A stretch of DNA of 63,930 nucleotides, the filler included, from Craspedostauros australis (taxonomy: Eukaryota): NCBI GenBank assembly GCA_030167865.1. It is 8 parts of 8 records of this genome, joined end to end, with 100 filler letters (N's around TTAATTAATTAA, not from the genome) between each part and the next. Parts side by side here need not be neighbours in the genome. Positions count along the whole stretch, not along the records: positions 57,446 to 62,339 come from JALAGF010004068.1; positions 62,440 to 63,930 come from JALAGF010004092.1; 6 more parts are not named here. The stretch is one strand, 5' to 3'. This document shows, in pieces, positions 60,154 to 63,930 of this stretch. How positions within the stretch are numbered: the stretch's first letter is position 1; each line of letters opens with the position of its first letter. Both the position numbers and the translations under genes were made by a program. The notes beneath the pieces were generated by a model that ran no database searches, was not told the DNA's origin, and saw only the letters and a list, made by a program, of their open reading frames with translations.

Positions 60154-61899
60154 ATGAGCTCCCCTGTTGCCTCCAGCCCTACTCACTCCAAGGGGAAGCC
60201 TTCCCGGTCTCCGCCTGCATCGTCCACCTCTCCTGCCTCCCGTTCTTCCAGACCAGAAGCAGGAGCACGTGGATCGCCCTCCAAGCGCTCTCCGCGCAGC
60301 TCTCGGGTGCACACCCCTGTCAAGTACAACTGCAGGGATAGTGGCAGCAACAGTGATGATCTTGGCGTTGCCAGCAGCGGCAACGAGTACGACTTCGACG
60401 ACGGCGATGATGGTGAGGATGCCTATGTGGAGAAGGGACTGTCTTTCCACAAGTGCCCACGCTGCGGGTACAAGAGCGAGCATAAGCCATGCAACAAAAA
60501 CCTGCTTATTGGTGTCTTGAACGTTCTTGGCATCGAACGTAGCAGCACTCATGGCATGCCGGACAACGGGTTCAACCATACCATTGAGTCCCTCAGAGAA
60601 GAGGAGAATGGTGCACCACAGATCAGCCGGCTCAAGAAGATGTGCTCGAGCATTTGCAAGAAGGTGTGGTCCCTGTCACTGAAAAAGACAAAGCAAGCCA
60701 GCCTACTGTTCTTCGACGAGATGTCCAAGTACGCCATCCATGGCATGCAGCTCCCAAAGTTCGAACTCGCTGAGCACCTGTACTCCATGTGCTTGCTTGC
60801 GCCCAAGGAAGTTGCCACTATGGCGCGATCCGTGGTGGGACGAGCGTACCCATGCGAAGCGGCGACTGCCATACTGACACAGCACTTCAGCAACAGCTTG
60901 CCTCTGGCACAACAAGAGAAAGTGCCCCTTGGCCGCGAGACGATGACAAAATCGGAAGAAACGTCGTCACGTGAATGATACCAGCTATGGCTGGGAGGCG
61001 AATGCGTGGTGAAGGCTTCCTACCCGTACCGAGTGCCTGTGGAGAGGCTTGTCAGCGTTGTATCATTCTTCAATGAGACGCTCGCCTTTCGCCCTGGACA
61101 GCTGAGATCGAAGGTGGTGAATGGAGTCCTCCTTCCCAACCTCCCAATCTTTCTTCGGGGTGGCAAGACTTTGCAGAGCATGTTCGAAAGTTATCAGGCG
61201 TCATGCGAGGATCCAGTTGGAAAGCCCGCCTTCATGAGGATGGCGCACCTGCTCACTAGACCAGGAAAATGCGAAACGGGTGTGTCATCATATGTGTACA
61301 ACTTTGATGCAATACAAACGCATCTGAAAGAGATGATTACGAGGATCGAGCAGATCGTACATCTTAGGAGTGACACCAGGACTGCCATGGAAGTGAAGGC
61401 GAGAGCAGATCACCTGGCAATGCAATGGGAGTTGCATGCAAAGTTCCTCCATGAATCATATGCTGGGGCCCATGTGCGAGTGGGAGACAATGTTGGTGAT
61501 GGTGATGGTGATGGTGATGGCAATGCTACTCCTACTGCTCACGCTGCCCGTGCTGCCAATGATGATCCGTTGCACTGTGCAAAGTTTGCTCTTTGCAAAG
61601 GCACGCAGCATGATGCAAATGGCAAGGTATGCAGCACATGCGCTGAAACGGTGACATTCTTTCCTAACAAGGTCAATGAATTCGTCAGATCTGTCGCCGA
61701 CGGGTCCATCCAACTCAATCCCAGCGAGAAAGCCGAATTGGAGAGCATGGTGAAGATGGTTGAAGGGTTGGATGATGAAGTCGTAACATTCATGGCGCAC
61801 AAGGTGCGAACGAAGGTGCAGAAGAAAGAGATCAACAAGATCCGAATGCGGCTCAACAACAGAGATGACATCGTCATGGTAGTACTTGACCACCAACAG
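60154..61899 (+). mobile_element. Decayed DNA-transposase gene, tentatively Sola3-like, with one in-frame TGA and truncated at the start of the catalytic domain
   Basis: The two ORFs are in frame across TGA 60976-78 (SSRE*YQLWLGG). Motifs: CPRC..H..C, HC..FA..C...CSTC and F.AHKVRTKVQ...IVMVVLDH, which resembles the region around the first catalytic Asp of Sola3-type DDD transposases. Confidence 0.55.
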
Positions 61900-61980
61900 T
61901 GTTGGCAAGTTCCGCTCACGGTAACCTACGATCGTGGAAGATGGTGTTGGTTGATAGTCGTCTGTTTGCTATTTCATTAC

Positions 61981-62035
61981 NNNNNNNNNNNNNNNNNNNN
62001 NNNNNNNNNNNNNNNNNNNNNNNNNNNNNNNNNNN
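61981..62035. other. Plain intra-scaffold N gap (55 N, no linker)
   Basis: N run lacking the TTAATTAATTAA spacer. Confidence 0.95.
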
Positions 62036-62439
62036 GCTTCAATCTGTTTCGTAGATTCAGTCTCCGACTATGAGTCGGTACGCGAGATGCTCTCTCGCTC
62101 TTCTCTGTATTCTCTCTCTCTCAACATCGTGTGCTCGTCGTACACGATACTCCGTGTTCGATACGTACTCCGTATTCGACACTCCGTTCATTCAGTACTG
62201 GCTCCTACTCCATGAGTACTCGCCATTTGAAGTTCACCTTCTGTATCCATGATGTTGATGCCCTTCGGTCATCGGATCTTCGCCTCCTGCTCTGACTTGG
62301 AGACAGATGTCGACGTGGTGACACGATGACATCCTGTCGNNNNNNNNNNNNNNNNNNNNNNNNNNNNNNNNNNNNNNNNNNNNTTAATTAATTAANNNNN
62401 NNNNNNNNNNNNNNNNNNNNNNNNNNNNNNNNNNNNNNN

Positions 62440-63531
62440 GTCTACAATATCAAAATGAACACTGGCTTATCTGAGGCACTATTGATGGCGTCGGAATACT
62501 TGACTGGTGACCAACCAACCGATTGGGATGCCATCAAGGGACAGACACAGCAGGACCTGAAGAAACATGTCAGTGACGCAAATCGGTTGATGCCGAGATA
62601 CTCTGCGTTGCTGTTGCCGACCGTCCTCTTGCACAAATACGAACTCGCACAGCAAATGACCAAGCTGTACTATGGTTTACCAGATCACTCCAAGAACTAT
62701 TGCTACGAGATTACCGTCATCCTCGCCCAAGGGCTCTCCTCGTCTGCCTTGTACCATGCCACAGGCAAGGTCAAACACAAGAAGGAGCTGAAGCGGCAAA
62801 TCAGCCTTGCCAGAGCCTTCGTCATCAACAAGGGAAGCAATGCAACGAGCCTCTTGCAGTTGCTCAAGGCCGAGAAGATCTCCTTGAAGGCCAAAGGATG
62901 CGACCTCGCAAGCATCCGCCGCGCAGAAGACGCCTACGGTGTGGCCATCGTCGTGGCCCAGAAGTCATCGTTGACTCATCATTGCGCCATTGCTTGCGAG
63001 CAGGCTGCCGAACACTTCATTCGAGCGCTCGAGAGAGTCGCTCGCGACAAGCGCAACCCGAACATGTACGCTTCGCAGACCTCTCTCCACGATTCAATCT
63101 GTAAGTACATGGCACGTGCTGTGCAATACTACAGAGACTGGGGATGTTCTGTCAAGGTCAAGGATATCCAAGAGCGCAGATCCAAGTACTTGAACCTTGA
63201 AGATGAGCGCGGCGAAGCGCAGCTTCAGGGTGATGACCACAAGAATGCTCATAAACGTGTTGTCGATGTTGACATCCACAACACAATGGGGTCCTTGGCT
63301 GATGCATCATCGTCACGTAATGGACAATCATCGAAGTGGCGGGCTGGAGTGGATGTGAACGATCACAAGACCAAATGGATGCAAAGCTCAGCGAAGGGCA
63401 GCGCTTCTGGGAGAGGGGGCAGCATGCCGTACATGCCCAACGATCATAGCGGCACGATGCATCAAAGCCACACCGATTGCGAAAAGCACGAAGACGATGA
63501 TGTTTCCGTGTTGACGGATGCGTCAGGTTGA
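62440..63531 (+). CDS. C-terminal TPR-like part of a STAND/AAA 'multi-sensor multi-kinase'-like protein (5' end in the gap)
   Basis: LLKAE..SL...A..AY..AI..A......H..AIACEQAA..F...YM..A..YY.DWG...KV matches the characteristic tail of this family. Confidence 0.72.
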   Translation, partial: VYNIKMNTGLSEALLMASEYLTGDQPTDWDAIKGQTQQDLKKHVSDANRLMPRYSALLLPTVLLHKYELAQQMTKLYYGLPDHSKNYCYEITVILAQGLSSSALYHATGKVKHKKELKRQISLARAFVINKGSNATSLLQLLKAEKISLKAKGCDLASIRRAEDAYGVAIVVAQKSSLTHHCAIACEQAAEHFIRALERVARDKRNPNMYASQTSLHDSICKYMARAVQYYRDWGCSVKVKDIQERRSKYLNLEDERGEAQLQGDDHKNAHKRVVDVDIHNTMGSLADASSSRNGQSSKWRAGVDVNDHKTKWMQSSAKGSASGRGGSMPYMPNDHSGTMHQSHTDCEKHEDDDVSVLTDASG

Positions 63532-63930
63532 TCCCACAACGTGGGTGCAAAATTGGCATGGTGTCCATACTGCCTGCACATCACGCAGCATAACAATACT
63601 ATGACCCACTTGAGTGACAGGACCTGCGGTCCGTCCTGGGATGGTGGCAACATATGAGCCCGATCAGTGAGTCGACCAACTGTTTGCAATCAAGAGTCTA
63701 ATCAAATTTCTGGGATTTTAAAACTAATTGCATATACATAATCCTCGTAGTCTATTTACATATGTTGGACCCTTTCAGCTTGTACTTTGTTTCATCTTAA
63801 GTTTTATGGAGTGATCTATGTGTACATTGCAGTCGCGTTGATCCTCCAGCAGAAAACTCGTTAGTTTCTGCCGAAGGTTCGATAGTGTTCTCATGTATTT
63901 ATCGTGAGGTGACCAGTCACGGACTTGCTT

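Overview
Eukaryotic nuclear DNA, most likely from a diatom. The inference rests on HA-domain, 7TM, sulfotransferase-like and PT-stalk gene families, an ASAF plastid-targeting motif and an Ambal-type LINE. The window is not contiguous: eight segments are joined by artificial 100-bp N44-TTAATTAATTAA-N44 spacers, and there is one plain N gap. Segment 1 (1-25671) carries an amino-acid permease, several low-complexity genes and an HA-domain gene, and is bounded at both ends by the same ~1.44-kb sequence in inverted orientation. Segments 2-4 carry three overlapping pieces of a large two-ORF non-LTR retrotransposon (ORF1 plus APE-RT-RNaseH-Zn ORF2, coupled by an ATGA overlap): one decayed copy, one open copy, and one 5' end lying just downstream of a sulfotransferase-like gene. 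After these come two tandem GPCR-like genes, a putatively plastid-targeted TauD/SyrP-like dioxygenase (present twice because contig ends overlap), several stop-disrupted pseudogenes, a 126-bp tandem repeat, a decayed Sola3-like DNA transposase that appears cut by an LTR-like sequence, and the 3' end of a STAND/TPR multi-kinase-like gene. Family assignments come from motifs read by eye; no database searches were run.
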